Virus record (IMG/VR): IMGVR_UViG_3300048927_000250 | Location: 1 to 64,000 of that record | Direction: 5' to 3' (one strand) | Length of the DNA stretch: 64,000 nucleotides | Shown: positions 1 through 10,087 of the stretch, piece by piece | Numbering within the stretch: the stretch's first letter is position 1 | Layout of the letters: every line of letters begins with the position of its first letter | Translations under genes and position numbers: made by a program | The notes under the pieces: model-generated | The model's input: only the letters and a program-made list of their open reading frames with translations | What the model was told of the DNA's origin: nothing | The model's database searches: none

Positions 1-2
1 CT

Positions 3-1538
3 GACCTGCTGCCTTCCAGCGGTAACCAGGTTTCCGATGCGTACTTCGTGGGTGTAAACCTGTGGGTATGGAACGGCACCACCTGGATTGACAACGGTAG
101 CTTCCAAGGCCCACAAGGCCTGAAAGGTGATAAGGGCGACAAAGGGGACAAAGGTGATACTGGTACTACCGGTAAATCTGCGTACCAGTCCGCCGTTGAT
201 TCTGGGTTCTCTGGCACTGAATCTGCGTGGGTAACCTCGCTGAAAGGTACCACTGGTAAGTCCGCGTATCAGTCTGCGGTTGACGGCGGTTACGCTGGCA
301 CCGAAGCACAGTGGGTTGCTTCCCTGAAAGGGACCAACGGTACTAACGGTACGTCACTGGTTCCGAAAGGAACTGTTGCTGACCTGACCGCACTGAACGC
401 AGTGGCTAACCCGGTTGCTGGCTGGCTGTACAACATGACCTCTACGGGTCACGCGTACGTCTACAGCGGTAGCGCATGGGTCGACCAGGGCGATTGGCGT
501 GGCCTCCAGGGCATCCAAGGTCTGACGGGCGACCAAGGTGTTAAAGGTGATACCGGCGACGGCTATCGCTATAAAGGCACCGTGGCAACGACCGGCGACC
601 TGCCAACCACCGGCCAAGTGAAAGGTGACACCTACTTCGTAGGCACCAACATGAAGGTCTGGAACGGCACCGACTGGGATGACGGCGGCAACTTCCAGGG
701 TCCGCAAGGTATCCAGGGTGAAAAAGGTGACATTGGTGCGGGCATCAAGATTCTCGGTAAGAAAGACACCGAAGAAGACTTGCCAGCAACTGCCGATGCA
801 GCCGGTGACGGTTACATGGTAGGCACCAACTTCTGGGTGTGGGACGGCACGGCATTCGTGAACGTCGGCGCAATCCAGGGGCCGAAAGGTGACCAAGGTC
901 TCCGCGGTATCCAGGGCCTGAAAGGTGATAAGGGTGACAAGGGTGATAAGGGTGACACCGGTGACAAAGGTACCGCGTGGGTTGTCCTGGCACGTCCGCC
1001 AGCTGCGGCTGATGGTCGTATCGGTGACTACTACCTGAACTCCTCTACTCTCCAGTTCTTCGTGAAAACCTCTGACGTTCTGTGGGGCCCTCTGGGTTAC
1101 CTCGGCGGCGGTAACGTGTACGACGGTCCTCAGGACGGTAAAGCGTACGCCCGTAAAGACGGCACATGGGTTCTCGTTGACGTTCTGGAAGCTCCAGACG
1201 ACGGTAAGCAGTACGTGCGTAAAGGCAAAGCGTGGGTTAGCTTCGACCATTACGACATGCCGCTGATTACGGTCACTGCGGGTGCGGTAGATGCGAGCAA
1301 AGGTAACGCCTATAAGCTCGATGCCACCGTGAACACCACGATTGCGTTCAGTAACCTCCCAGCCAACCGCGTGCAGACTCTGGTCCTCACGATGATGGGC
1401 AAAGGTGGCAACCTGACGTGGCCAGCAGCACTCAAGTGGTCGAATGCGGAAGCACCGACTCTGGGTACTACGCTGACCAACATCGTGGTTTACTGGGACG
1501 GCACGAACCTGACCGGCTCTGTTGGTCAGACCGTGTAA
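3..1538 (+). CDS. Collagen-like tail fibre protein, 5'-truncated by the window edge
   Basis: Frame is open from base 3. Contains Gly-X-Y runs (GDKGDKGD, GPQGIQG), two GKSAYQSAVD modules, repeated YxVGTNxxVWxGTxW modules and DGKxYxRKxxxW repeats near the C-terminus. Confidence 0.85.
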   Translation, partial: DLLPSSGNQVSDAYFVGVNLWVWNGTTWIDNGSFQGPQGLKGDKGDKGDKGDTGTTGKSAYQSAVDSGFSGTESAWVTSLKGTTGKSAYQSAVDGGYAGTEAQWVASLKGTNGTNGTSLVPKGTVADLTALNAVANPVAGWLYNMTSTGHAYVYSGSAWVDQGDWRGLQGIQGLTGDQGVKGDTGDGYRYKGTVATTGDLPTTGQVKGDTYFVGTNMKVWNGTDWDDGGNFQGPQGIQGEKGDIGAGIKILGKKDTEEDLPATADAAGDGYMVGTNFWVWDGTAFVNVGAIQGPKGDQGLRGIQGLKGDKGDKGDKGDTGDKGTAWVVLARPPAAADGRIGDYYLNSSTLQFFVKTSDVLWGPLGYLGGGNVYDGPQDGKAYARKDGTWVLVDVLEAPDDGKQYVRKGKAWVSFDHYDMPLITVTAGAVDASKGNAYKLDATVNTTIAFSNLPANRVQTLVLTMMGKGGNLTWPAALKWSNAEAPTLGTTLTNIVVYWDGTNLTGSVGQTV

Positions 1539-1544
1539 TTGATT

Positions 1545-1572
1545 AGGGCGGGGAAACCCGCCCTTCTCTTTT
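1545..1572 (+). terminator. Rho-independent terminator
   Basis: AGGGCGGG-GAAA-CCCGCCCT hairpin plus T-rich tail right after the fibre stop codon. Confidence 0.8.
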
Positions 1573-1582
1573 GGAGCCAAAG

Positions 1583-2263
1583 ATGATTGTAAACAGTTCT
1601 ACCCCGCTCATTCGTCCGTACGACCGTGACGGTAACCTGGTTATGCAATGGCCGGTGTACCTGATTGACGTACGTCGCGAGTGGCCGAACGTCAGTTTCT
1701 CAACGGAACAAAACGAAGAGAACCTGTACGACTTCGGTTACTGGCCACTGCTGCCGGGTACGCGCCCAACGGGTGACGTAGTAACGGAAACCACCCCTAT
1801 CCTGGTTGACGGGAAGTGGGTGCAGCAGTACGAAGTCCGCGCTTATAACCCGGATGAAATCCAGCAGCAGTTCCAGGACGCAATGGCTGTTGCCTACGCG
1901 CGTCTGGACGGTCTTCTGGAAAACACCTACGGTCTGGGGTTCTCGTACACGAAATCTGAAGGCGTTGTCCATCAGTTCTCGTTGACGTCGGATAACCAGC
2001 AGCTGATGACCGGTTTGCATTTGCTTGCGAAACAGTCTGATGGTACCCGCGTGTTCAAACTCCGGACGCTGAGCAATATCACGGTGGATTACACCGCCGA
2101 AGAAGTCATTGCTCTGACAACGGCGTTGATGGAGTACGTGGTAAAAGTCCTGGAGAAACTCTGGGAACTGATGGATGACATTTCTGTCGCCACCCAGGTC
2201 AGTGAGATTCCGGAAATTCCGGATGTCATCACCACTGATTTCCTGGAACGTACCGCAGCGTAA
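1583..2263 (+). CDS. Tail fibre assembly/chaperone-like protein (DUF4376-like C-terminus)
   Basis: Directly follows the fibre gene; GGAG SD before the ATG at 1583. N-terminal PNVSF..L.DFGY...E.TP..VDG.W.Q pattern is typical of fibre-associated proteins. Confidence 0.6.
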   Translation: MIVNSSTPLIRPYDRDGNLVMQWPVYLIDVRREWPNVSFSTEQNEENLYDFGYWPLLPGTRPTGDVVTETTPILVDGKWVQQYEVRAYNPDEIQQQFQDAMAVAYARLDGLLENTYGLGFSYTKSEGVVHQFSLTSDNQQLMTGLHLLAKQSDGTRVFKLRTLSNITVDYTAEEVIALTTALMEYVVKVLEKLWELMDDISVATQVSEIPEIPDVITTDFLERTAA

Positions 2264-2269
2264 TAAACC

Positions 2270-2301
2270 AAAAGAGGACTGGTTTCCCAGTCCTCTTTTT
2301 T
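2270..2301 (+). terminator. Rho-independent terminator
   Basis: AAAAGAGGACTGG-TTTC-CCAGTCCTCTTTT hairpin plus T run. Confidence 0.8.
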
Positions 2302-2371
2302 ATTCTCTTTTTCAGCACCATTATAGGGCAGTTTACTATGACCTCAGCCCGTAACTACCTAAGGGACAACC

Positions 2372-3304
2372 ATGTTAGAATCCATGAACATGTCCGGAGG
2401 AGCGCAAGCTAACTACTTCCCTAACTCTGGACCCGGAAATAAAACCCTGGCCGCCGGGGATGCCACGCACGGATATTTCGGTACAGTGACCACGACCGAC
2501 ATGTTCACAGCCTCCGAGGTTGATAGCTTCCTGGTAGGCTTGACCGGGACCGCGTACGGCCCTTCTGATTTGGTCTGGCACAAATTCGTGCTTGACGGTA
2601 AATTCCTTTTTGTGCCCAATCGGGCTTTCCGTTCCACAACGTGGAACAACATTTATAATGCATCGTTGATGTACGGCGTGGATGGAAACGGTGCCTACCC
2701 GCCTGCCGCCGGTGGCGTCAATCAGTTATACCAGGTGAGTAAGAAAGTCGGTGGTCGTACCTTCGGGTTTAAGGTGCGTACCGTGAAAGGAGGGTTAACT
2801 GACCCACTCTCCGCTTTGAGTACCGCCGATGCTTCCGAATACAACCGACTCCTGATGTCGTTGACGACCGGTAAGTTCGGGACGATGACGATAGCGCAGT
2901 TGGACCTCAACGTCTACGAAGAGACACAAACAACGTATTCGGCGAACACTAACAACAACTGGGTACGATTCAATACGGCTTCGGCGCAAACTAACAAAAC
3001 GGCAGCGTACAATTGGCGACCGGTGTTGGAACTGACCAGTACGGGTGAAAGTCTGGTTGCCGCCATGAACGTGGCGATGCGAAACACGGTGTTAGGCGAG
3101 CAAGCGAAAAGTGGATACCTGGGCGACCTTGACGTGATATCCGCTGCCACGCAGATTGTTCCGACACAACCACCGGTTAACAGTTACCCGGATACCGGTG
3201 TTGGTAGTGGGCTCTACGCAACCTTAGTTTCGGCCAGTACCGTAGTTTCCCAGAGCAATAACTGGTCAGCTGCACGCGGTACCGCCACCTACGTAACGGA
3301 GTAA
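2372..3304 (+). CDS. Virion structural paralog, type A (core domain plus C-terminal extension)
   Basis: Shares GPGxxxLxxG..GYFG / WHKF / YG.DgNG / WxPVLEL core with the five downstream ORFs. Confidence 0.7.
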   Translation: MLESMNMSGGAQANYFPNSGPGNKTLAAGDATHGYFGTVTTTDMFTASEVDSFLVGLTGTAYGPSDLVWHKFVLDGKFLFVPNRAFRSTTWNNIYNASLMYGVDGNGAYPPAAGGVNQLYQVSKKVGGRTFGFKVRTVKGGLTDPLSALSTADASEYNRLLMSLTTGKFGTMTIAQLDLNVYEETQTTYSANTNNNWVRFNTASAQTNKTAAYNWRPVLELTSTGESLVAAMNVAMRNTVLGEQAKSGYLGDLDVISAATQIVPTQPPVNSYPDTGVGSGLYATLVSASTVVSQSNNWSAARGTATYVTE

Positions 3305-3309
3305 TAACG

Positions 3310-4275
3310 ATGGGTAACAAACTCTCTTGGGTAAATAACAACGCCCTGGCAACGAACGTGGAGATTTACCGTTCACTGACCCCGCTGGATACCGCAAACT
3401 TGTCTAACCCACTCATCACCCTGACCAATGGGGAAACGGCATGGGAAGACACGGGTGTTGTCTACGGGGCCACGTACAACTACGTGATTCAGATGGTCAC
3501 GAAAGACGGCTCTCAGAAAGCACCCACGCGAAACATTGTAATGCAAACGGGACTCGGGCGTGGTCTGGGGCCGAACCTCCTACAACAAGGTGATGAACGT
3601 CTGGGGTACTTCGGTTCCATCGCCGCCACCGATTTTATCCCCGCTGCCACCCTTCAGGCTTCGCAAGCCGGGTCCGGGTTGTCGGTCAGTGGAACTGCGA
3701 CATGGCACAAGTTCGTCCGTCGTGGGAAAATATTGTACGTACCCAATACGTACCTGAGTTCCGCGGTCACCATGACGCAACTTTATCAGGCTGGTTGGGT
3801 GTTCGGTACAGACGATAACGGCCCAACCGACGGACAGTTGAGTACGGCACAAAACCAGCGCCGGGTAGTCAGCTATCGCGGTGACCGGTACTTCCTCCGT
3901 CTACCGCGCGGGTACGCTGACGCCGATAACGCCAACCAGTACGACCTAAGTAATACCACCGGTCTGAATCACGATAACGTGGCGAACACCCCTGAGTGCG
4001 AGTTCAACGACCTCTTCTATCCAGTGGTCCAAAACACGCCGTTGAAACAGCGCCTGTTCAATGTGGATAGCATTACCGCTGCCAACTTCGTGGTATCCAG
4101 TACTCGTGCAGTGCTGTGCCAGGAAGTGAGCGTTTCGAAAGGGGCGATGTTATCGCGCGGTAACTCGAACGGGTTGACGGGAAGGGACATCATGACGTAT
4201 ATGCAAGCGATTCCCACTGCCCGTGCCGCATCCACCTTGCTTTGGTACCCTGTTTTAGAGCTGATAGAGGATTAA
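3310..4275 (+). CDS. Virion structural paralog, type B1 (FN3-like N-domain plus core)
   Basis: N-terminal LSW..N..IYR...D...YxY FN3-like pattern, shared core, ends WYPVLELIED. Confidence 0.7.
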   Translation: MGNKLSWVNNNALATNVEIYRSLTPLDTANLSNPLITLTNGETAWEDTGVVYGATYNYVIQMVTKDGSQKAPTRNIVMQTGLGRGLGPNLLQQGDERLGYFGSIAATDFIPAATLQASQAGSGLSVSGTATWHKFVRRGKILYVPNTYLSSAVTMTQLYQAGWVFGTDDNGPTDGQLSTAQNQRRVVSYRGDRYFLRLPRGYADADNANQYDLSNTTGLNHDNVANTPECEFNDLFYPVVQNTPLKQRLFNVDSITAANFVVSSTRAVLCQEVSVSKGAMLSRGNSNGLTGRDIMTYMQAIPTARAASTLLWYPVLELIED

Positions 4276-4278
4276 TGA

Positions 4279-5157
4279 ATGGCCATCAAACTCGATTGGA
4301 AAGACCTCTCGCTTAAAGGTTACACCGGGGTAAACATTTACCGTAATGCCGGTAAGTTCGACATGAGTCAGGCGTTACCTGCTCCACTGGTGGCGAACCT
4401 GGCGGCGAACACCGTTACGTATACCGACACCACCGCTGTGAAGAACACATCGTACAGCTACCTCATTGCCGGGGTAAAGGACGGTAAGGTTACTGGTGGT
4501 GTACCGTTCACAGCGGGGAACTACAACGACACCGGACCAGGCCCCACTACCTTAGCCCGAGGTGATTGGTTCTGTGGGTACTTCGGTGAGGTGAGCAGTG
4601 CTGACCTCTTTACCACCGGCGACATCAAAACCCAAATCCCGACTACCGCCGGGATGACTCTGAATACCATCAGCACCTGGTACAAGTTCATCTATAACGG
4701 GAAAATAATCTTCACCCCGGGAATTTCTATCGGTACGGTATCCTGGTTTGCCGTCTATGCCGCTGGACTAATCTACGGTACCGACGACAACGGAAATGTA
4801 CCTTCAGGCGCTAACCCTAACCCCACACCTAAAAATCAGATGGCAAGGATGACAAAAGGTGGGTGGAGTTTTATCTTCAGAGCGCCAAAAGGGGTTGCTG
4901 CCGCAGTTAACTCCCAGGTCGCCCTCTGGGCGAATACCGAAGTACTGGAGATATTTGACCGAATGTATCTCAACAACCCTGGTACTTACGGTAAGGGGAG
5001 GTTCCTCGACCTACCGGTTGTCGCAGGAATTTATACCAACAACTGGTTTGCGAATAACGTGGTCGCAATAATGGCACCGCCATCAGGACTAACCAGCAAC
5101 GTACCAACCACGGCATTCAACAACTGGGTACCGGTGCTGGAGCTTGAATTCCTCTGA
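4279..5157 (+). CDS. Virion structural paralog, type B2
   Basis: FN3-like N-domain, DTGPGP..L.RGDW..GYFG core, ends WVPVLELEFL. Confidence 0.7.
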   Translation: MAIKLDWKDLSLKGYTGVNIYRNAGKFDMSQALPAPLVANLAANTVTYTDTTAVKNTSYSYLIAGVKDGKVTGGVPFTAGNYNDTGPGPTTLARGDWFCGYFGEVSSADLFTTGDIKTQIPTTAGMTLNTISTWYKFIYNGKIIFTPGISIGTVSWFAVYAAGLIYGTDDNGNVPSGANPNPTPKNQMARMTKGGWSFIFRAPKGVAAAVNSQVALWANTEVLEIFDRMYLNNPGTYGKGRFLDLPVVAGIYTNNWFANNVVAIMAPPSGLTSNVPTTAFNNWVPVLELEFL

Positions 5158-5167
5158 GGGTAGCACC

Positions 5168-6421
5168 ATGCTCGAAATGATGATGGGTGGGTCCGGAAGA
5201 GTCTACCCTTGGTCCGGGCCCGGGAACAAGAAGTTGAAGTTCGGTACCCGCGACCTCGGGTACTTTGGGGAAGTTACACAAGCGGAATTGTTTGGTAACG
5301 ATGAAGTCTGGGGGATGGTTAAGCCTGCAACCGGAACCAAGAACAATGCTACCCTGAATGTTTGGTTGAAGTTCATTCTGGATGGGAGAGTGTTGTACAC
5401 GCCGAAGTACCCGATTACAATGGGGACTAAGTGGGAAGACCTGTACGCCGCCGGAGCCGTATACGGGGTTAAAGGGAATGGGGATGCGCCGGTACCGGCG
5501 GGCGGTGCGGTTGACCAGTTCAGGATGGTGACAAAGATTGAAAAGATTGTCGGAGTCAATAAAATCTGGCCGTTGAAGCTTCAATTGATGTCCGGGGCCA
5601 ATAGCCTCATCAACTCCACCAATGACTGGGCGAGTGACCGCTCGGAATGGGACCGTCTCTGGACACCGTTCTTTGCGCAGAAGTGGGAAACCTACGGCTG
5701 GCAGGAAATGAACCAGGGGTACATCAACCGTCTTGCTACCATCAAGGAACGAAATGGCGACGGGACGAACTACGGTACCCGTGGCGGGAACAACACTATC
5801 GCACTGAAGAACTACATCGCGATGAACACCACGTCATCGTCGATAAGTTGGCGACCAGTGTTGGAACTCATTAATGACCCGAACATGGCGCTAAGTCCAT
5901 ACCTTCCTTACTTCGCAGTAAGTGGTGGACAGAAGAACTTCTTCCCGGTCTTTGATGATGACGGCGTAGCGCCACTCAAAGGCGTCGGTAACGTCAGAGG
6001 ATACAATTCCCATCAGTTAGGTGTCATGCTCGGTTTCGACACAAAGACCGAACAAGTCTGGTTGGAACCGTCTACTGGGAAACAAGTCCTGACCGCTGAC
6101 TTCACCGACACCAGTGAACTCGTCCCTCTGCGCAACATGACGCTCCGTAACAGTGCTATGACACCGCAAGTGGTGAATGTGCAGACAGGTCGCGAGGAAG
6201 TGTTCGTTAACGTCCCTCAAGCCACCGTGACGCTCACCGCAGCCGTAGAGACTGTAGATGCCGGGTTAATCTCTCCGCAGCGTGTGGTGGCGATAAGGAC
6301 CGCACAGCAGCCTATCCTGGATTATACGGTAAAAGGATACGAAGGTTCCGTTGACTTCTCCAACAGCGCGAAACAAAACGCACCATCACCAACCTTTACC
6401 ATCGAAGCCGATGGGACGTAA
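5168..6421 (+). CDS. Virion structural paralog, type A'
   Basis: Starts MLEMMMGG like the 2372 ORF; shared core plus long C-terminal extension. Confidence 0.7.
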   Translation: MLEMMMGGSGRVYPWSGPGNKKLKFGTRDLGYFGEVTQAELFGNDEVWGMVKPATGTKNNATLNVWLKFILDGRVLYTPKYPITMGTKWEDLYAAGAVYGVKGNGDAPVPAGGAVDQFRMVTKIEKIVGVNKIWPLKLQLMSGANSLINSTNDWASDRSEWDRLWTPFFAQKWETYGWQEMNQGYINRLATIKERNGDGTNYGTRGGNNTIALKNYIAMNTTSSSISWRPVLELINDPNMALSPYLPYFAVSGGQKNFFPVFDDDGVAPLKGVGNVRGYNSHQLGVMLGFDTKTEQVWLEPSTGKQVLTADFTDTSELVPLRNMTLRNSAMTPQVVNVQTGREEVFVNVPQATVTLTAAVETVDAGLISPQRVVAIRTAQQPILDYTVKGYEGSVDFSNSAKQNAPSPTFTIEADGT

Positions 6422-6436
6422 TAGAACGAGGCCACT

Positions 6437-7399
6437 ATGTTCATTGACTTGAGCTGGACAGACCTGAACAGCGTAGCAACCAAGCTGGAGATTTTTCGTG
6501 GAGATGCACCACTTGACCGCCTAAACCTCCCGAGTACTCCAATTGCCACGCTTACTAACGGTGAGACGTCGTACCGCGACGAGTCTAACATTCTTCTGGG
6601 GAAAGACTACTACTACGTGTTCGTGAACACCACGGCCACTGACCGCATCGTGTCCCAGAACTACAAAATCAACGCCGTTACCCGTCGTGGCCCCGGTCCA
6701 CAGAAACTGAAACAGGGTGACAACAGTCTCGGGTACTTTGGGACCATTCAGTCCGGTGAGTTCGTTAACGGTTCCGAGTTCGTTGATTTAACCGGCGTGA
6801 AGAACTTTGCGTCAGGGGTAGCGGTCTTGAACCCGTTCCCGATTTGGCACAAGTTCGTTCGTAACAACAAGGTGTTGATTATTCCAGAGGGACCCATTGC
6901 CAGCACGGCAAGTTGGTTACAGTTGTACCAGGCAGGGATGGTTTACGGTACGGATGACAACGGTCCGATGCCACCTGCCGCCCCAGTAAAACAGTCTGCG
7001 AAAATCACCATCGGTAAGGATGTTTTTCGTGTCCGCTTGCTTAAAGGGATGACGGACCAGGCCTATACGGATTACCCCGCCACCGTACTGACCCCTAACG
7101 AGTGGAACGACCTGGTTTATCCACTGGGTCATGCGGTGCCCGCTGACCAGCGCCTGGAAAACATTTATCTCAACGGGAAGTCGACCTCTGCTATCTGTGG
7201 TGCGGGCAATACGAGCGGGTTCAGCCTGGTCCAGGAACTCGCCACGATTTCGTCAGCCAGCGCCCGCGGACAAGCCGTCAGCAATGACGACACCGCCGCC
7301 GACACCAGCGCGTACATCGCCTCCCGCACTACCGTAACAACCAGCTCAGCGAGTGCTTCGTATTACTGGTACCCCGTGTTAGAATTGGTTGAGGGTTAA
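6437..7399 (+). CDS. Virion structural paralog, type B1'
   Basis: Closest to 3310..4275 (PLD..NL..P..TLTNGET, WHKFVR, QLYQAG..GTDDNGP, WYPVLEL). Confidence 0.7.
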   Translation: MFIDLSWTDLNSVATKLEIFRGDAPLDRLNLPSTPIATLTNGETSYRDESNILLGKDYYYVFVNTTATDRIVSQNYKINAVTRRGPGPQKLKQGDNSLGYFGTIQSGEFVNGSEFVDLTGVKNFASGVAVLNPFPIWHKFVRNNKVLIIPEGPIASTASWLQLYQAGMVYGTDDNGPMPPAAPVKQSAKITIGKDVFRVRLLKGMTDQAYTDYPATVLTPNEWNDLVYPLGHAVPADQRLENIYLNGKSTSAICGAGNTSGFSLVQELATISSASARGQAVSNDDTAADTSAYIASRTTVTTSSASASYYWYPVLELVEG

Positions 7400-7403
7400 T
7401 GTC

Positions 7404-8318
7404 ATGTCTATTCGTATCGCCTTTACTAATCCTAATAATGCTGACACCATTAAGGTTTACCGCGCAACCAGTAAAATTGAGTTGTCAGCCCTTCCTGACC
7501 CAATCGCCACCTTAGCGGGAACAGCCACATCGTTCTCTGATGTTACTGCTGCGCGTAACACCGTGTACTATTACGTTATCGGTAGCTACAAGGGTGACGA
7601 CGTCATCTTCACGCAGAACCAACAATACGGTTACTTCCCGGACACCGGTCCTGGACCGTCTAAACTGTTGCGTGGGAACTGGAACGAAGGGTACTTCGGA
7701 ACCTGTACGCAAGCTGAATTGTTTGCCGCGCAAGAACTGTGTACCGCGTTAGGTTACGTCCCCAACGGTGCGGTCAACACCACGGCGTCCAATGTCTGGC
7801 ACAAGTTTATCCTGGATGGGAAAATCCTGTTTATCCCGGATTTATGTATGGCAGCAGATGGTTGGTTATACATCTACCGCGCTGGCTTGGTGTACGGGGT
7901 AGACGGTTACGGGGACCGCCCGGCGTCGTTTTCTGGTGGTAACTACAACCAAAAGAAAACAGTGACTAAGAACAACCGTACCTACCTGGTCCGCCTCATG
8001 AAGGCCACTGCTGCGCCAACGTCGGAGCTGGTGACCGACCTGACGAATGGCGACGCACGCTGGGGTGAGGGTGAGTGGAACCGCACGATGGGACGGTTGG
8101 GTTGTGGTACGTACAACTTTAGTACGCGCTCACGCCTGGGTAACAAACCGGTATACAGCACCAATAACACCCTCTTCACCGGTGCCTTGACGCAGCACAT
8201 GACGGCTAACGGAACCATCGTTCAAATGTTCGCCACGCTTGCATCAGATGTGCCAAGTACCGTGGCCTGGTCCAGTAACTACTACAACTGGCGTCCCGTA
8301 CTGGAACTCCAACTGTAG
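7404..8318 (+). CDS. Virion structural paralog, type B2'
   Basis: Closest to 4279..5157 (ALP.P..A.LA, D.TA..NT.Y.Y.I, DTGPGP..L.RG.W). Confidence 0.7.
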   Translation: MSIRIAFTNPNNADTIKVYRATSKIELSALPDPIATLAGTATSFSDVTAARNTVYYYVIGSYKGDDVIFTQNQQYGYFPDTGPGPSKLLRGNWNEGYFGTCTQAELFAAQELCTALGYVPNGAVNTTASNVWHKFILDGKILFIPDLCMAADGWLYIYRAGLVYGVDGYGDRPASFSGGNYNQKKTVTKNNRTYLVRLMKATAAPTSELVTDLTNGDARWGEGEWNRTMGRLGCGTYNFSTRSRLGNKPVYSTNNTLFTGALTQHMTANGTIVQMFATLASDVPSTVAWSSNYYNWRPVLELQL

Positions 8319-8325
8319 AGACAGC

Positions 8326-8356
8326 AAAAAAAAAGGAGGGCTTTCGCCCTCCTTTA
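8326..8356. terminator. Bidirectional terminator between convergent gene blocks
   Basis: A run, then AAAGGAGGGC-TTTC-GCCCTCCTTT. Confidence 0.8.
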
Positions 8357-8370
8357 TGCCCGTTTGAAAC

Positions 8371-8399
8371 AAAAAAAAAGAAGGAGCCGAAGCTCCTTC
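8371..8399 (-). terminator. Rho-independent terminator
   Basis: On the - strand: GAAGGAGC-TTCG-GCTCCTTC followed by a T run. Confidence 0.8.
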
Positions 8400-8429
8400 A
8401 AAAGGTATGATAATGCGGCAATGCAGTTG

Positions 8430-8693
8430 CTACATAGAAGTACGTTGAAGGATGGTCTGTACCGGGGCCCGAATAGCCGAGATACCCTCAACGAGATTTC
8501 TGTACGTAACTTCCAGCTCTTCCAACGTTACCGTTGTAACTGGAACAGTGCCTTGTGTTGTTGACTTCACGACCATCACTGCTTGACGGTAATTAGTCAA
8601 CCCGCTCATTGTGGGTTCGCTCACGGACACGACCGAACAAGCGTCGAAGAAGTACACGCCAGTAGCCGTTTCCACGCGGATGACTTTCTCCAT
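8430..8693 (-). CDS. Hypothetical small beta-rich protein
   Basis: ORF from MEKVIRVET; weakly resembles the N-half of 8593..9096; overlaps it by about 100 nt. Confidence 0.45.
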   Translation of the reverse strand: MEKVIRVETATGVYFFDACSVVSVSEPTMSGLTNYRQAVMVVKSTTQGTVPVTTVTLEELEVTYRNLVEGISAIRAPVQTILQRTSM

Positions 8694-9096
8694 CGAAACG
8701 CGGGTCGTGATTTTCTTCAGCCAGTGTTGCAGGGATTGCTTGCACTGGTTCAACCGGGATACTAAGGTTTGCATAGGCTGCCTCGTCGTGTTCAATTTGA
8801 CGCTTCTTCTCAGCAGACATGGTCGAACGTACCAGCTCTGTCGCCATTTCGCTTTTATAGTACATGCAAATGGAATTGTTCGCCTTGCTCCGTGGACCGA
8901 AGTTCAGCACCCACAAGTTCCCTTTACGTTGCTTATTGACAGAGATGCAGGACACGTCGCGCAAATCAATCGACGCCGTACCTCCCAAATCGTCATTGAC
9001 GCTATAGTTGAAATCCACCACCTTTTCCAGGTAGCGTGATTCCATACTGATGCCACACATCTTTAACAGTGATGGTGCCCCAGAGATTTCATCCAT
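8593..9096 (-). CDS. Hypothetical protein
   Basis: ATG at 9096 with GAGG SD, overlapping the stop of the DHH gene. Confidence 0.5.
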   Translation of the reverse strand: MDEISGAPSLLKMCGISMESRYLEKVVDFNYSVNDDLGGTASIDLRDVSCISVNKQRKGNLWVLNFGPRSKANNSICMYYKSEMATELVRSTMSAEKKRQIEHDEAAYANLSIPVEPVQAIPATLAEENHDPRFDGESHPRGNGYWRVLLRRLFGRVRERTHNERVD

Positions 9097-10054
9097 TCTC
9101 AGCCTCACTTGCAGCATGAAGTTCTTTGTTAGCATCGAAGAGCATGGCAGCAAGTGTTTCCGGCGTAATGGCGAAAAACAGCTCCACACCTGCCGCGTTC
9201 GCATGACCACCCCCGCCCAGCTTCTCAGCCAGAAAGCGGACGTTATAGTCTTTTGAACGCAGTGAAACCATCGACCCCATTTTACGATGGAAATAACAAG
9301 CAACCACGTCATATGAATCTTTGATGCGGTCGCAAAGTTCCGAGGTAATAGGGCGGTGACAGTTCACGACAGCCATCTTACCTGAATCGCCAAACGGCCA
9401 TTCGGTCAGACAGTTATCGAGGTGGAATTGAATCTCGACATCTCGTTTTTCCTTCAACGCTTCTGAGGCTTCTTTCACGCCGAGGTATGCCGTGGCACCC
9501 ATGGTCGAGGAGAAGACACCGTCGTTAACCACGCCAACATCGTCGATTAAACGGTTGAACTCAGAGAACGGTTTGTTGAGGAAAAGGATGAAGAACTCGT
9601 AGAAGTCCCGCGAGTCTGGAAGTTTGAACTGCCAGAGGTCACGGTCTTGTACACAAGCGAGTACATAGGGGAGCGGTGTGTCCGGGTACAGATGCGCCCA
9701 GGTCAACCCTGCACCAGAACGTGTTCCGTCTAATGTCAGCTCAACATTAGCAGCACGGAGCACGGCTTGAAACTCTGGGCAGTCCGCTTTTGCATACGCG
9801 TCAACCATTGACGCATGATGGTCGAGGATAACAACGCGAGCAGGCTCTAACTTCGCGAGGTTACTGATTTCCTCAGGCGGTGGTGCAAAATCAACGAAGT
9901 ACAGCGTATCGCCCTGGCCAACTCCTTCTAACGGCAGCGGGGAGTTATAGTGGACTGGTCGGTAAGTTGCGCTCGGTAACGCACGCCACAAAGTTGCAGC
10001 GGCGGCAAATCCGTCGATGCACAGTGCGTGATAAAATACAAAAAAGTTATTCAC
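9089..10054 (-). CDS. DHH/DHHA1-family phosphoesterase
   Basis: Motifs YHxxCxDG, YFVDF, ILDHH, SGA, DRDLW, SLRS and GGGGHxxAAG. Confidence 0.9.
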   Translation of the reverse strand: MNNFFVFYHALCIDGFAAAATLWRALPSATYRPVHYNSPLPLEGVGQGDTLYFVDFAPPPEEISNLAKLEPARVVILDHHASMVDAYAKADCPEFQAVLRAANVELTLDGTRSGAGLTWAHLYPDTPLPYVLACVQDRDLWQFKLPDSRDFYEFFILFLNKPFSEFNRLIDDVGVVNDGVFSSTMGATAYLGVKEASEALKEKRDVEIQFHLDNCLTEWPFGDSGKMAVVNCHRPITSELCDRIKDSYDVVACYFHRKMGSMVSLRSKDYNVRFLAEKLGGGGHANAAGVELFFAITPETLAAMLFDANKELHAASEAENG

Positions 10055-10087
10055 GGTGGACCCCCTGAGATGGGTACGGGATTATAC

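Noticed and set aside
354-1580. 408-aa antisense ORF over the tail fibre
   Set aside because: Shadow of the strongly biased + strand gene; no SD and no protein-like features.
2372-8318. Possible diversity-generating retroelement or shufflon acting on the paralog C-termini
   Set aside because: The similarity is protein-level only (W.PVLEL). No near-identical TR/VR nucleotide pair, reverse transcriptase or invertase is present in the window.
8430-9096. Programmed frameshift joining two ORFs that overlap by about 100 nt
   Set aside because: No slippery heptamer or downstream structure seen; the two read as separate tandem genes.
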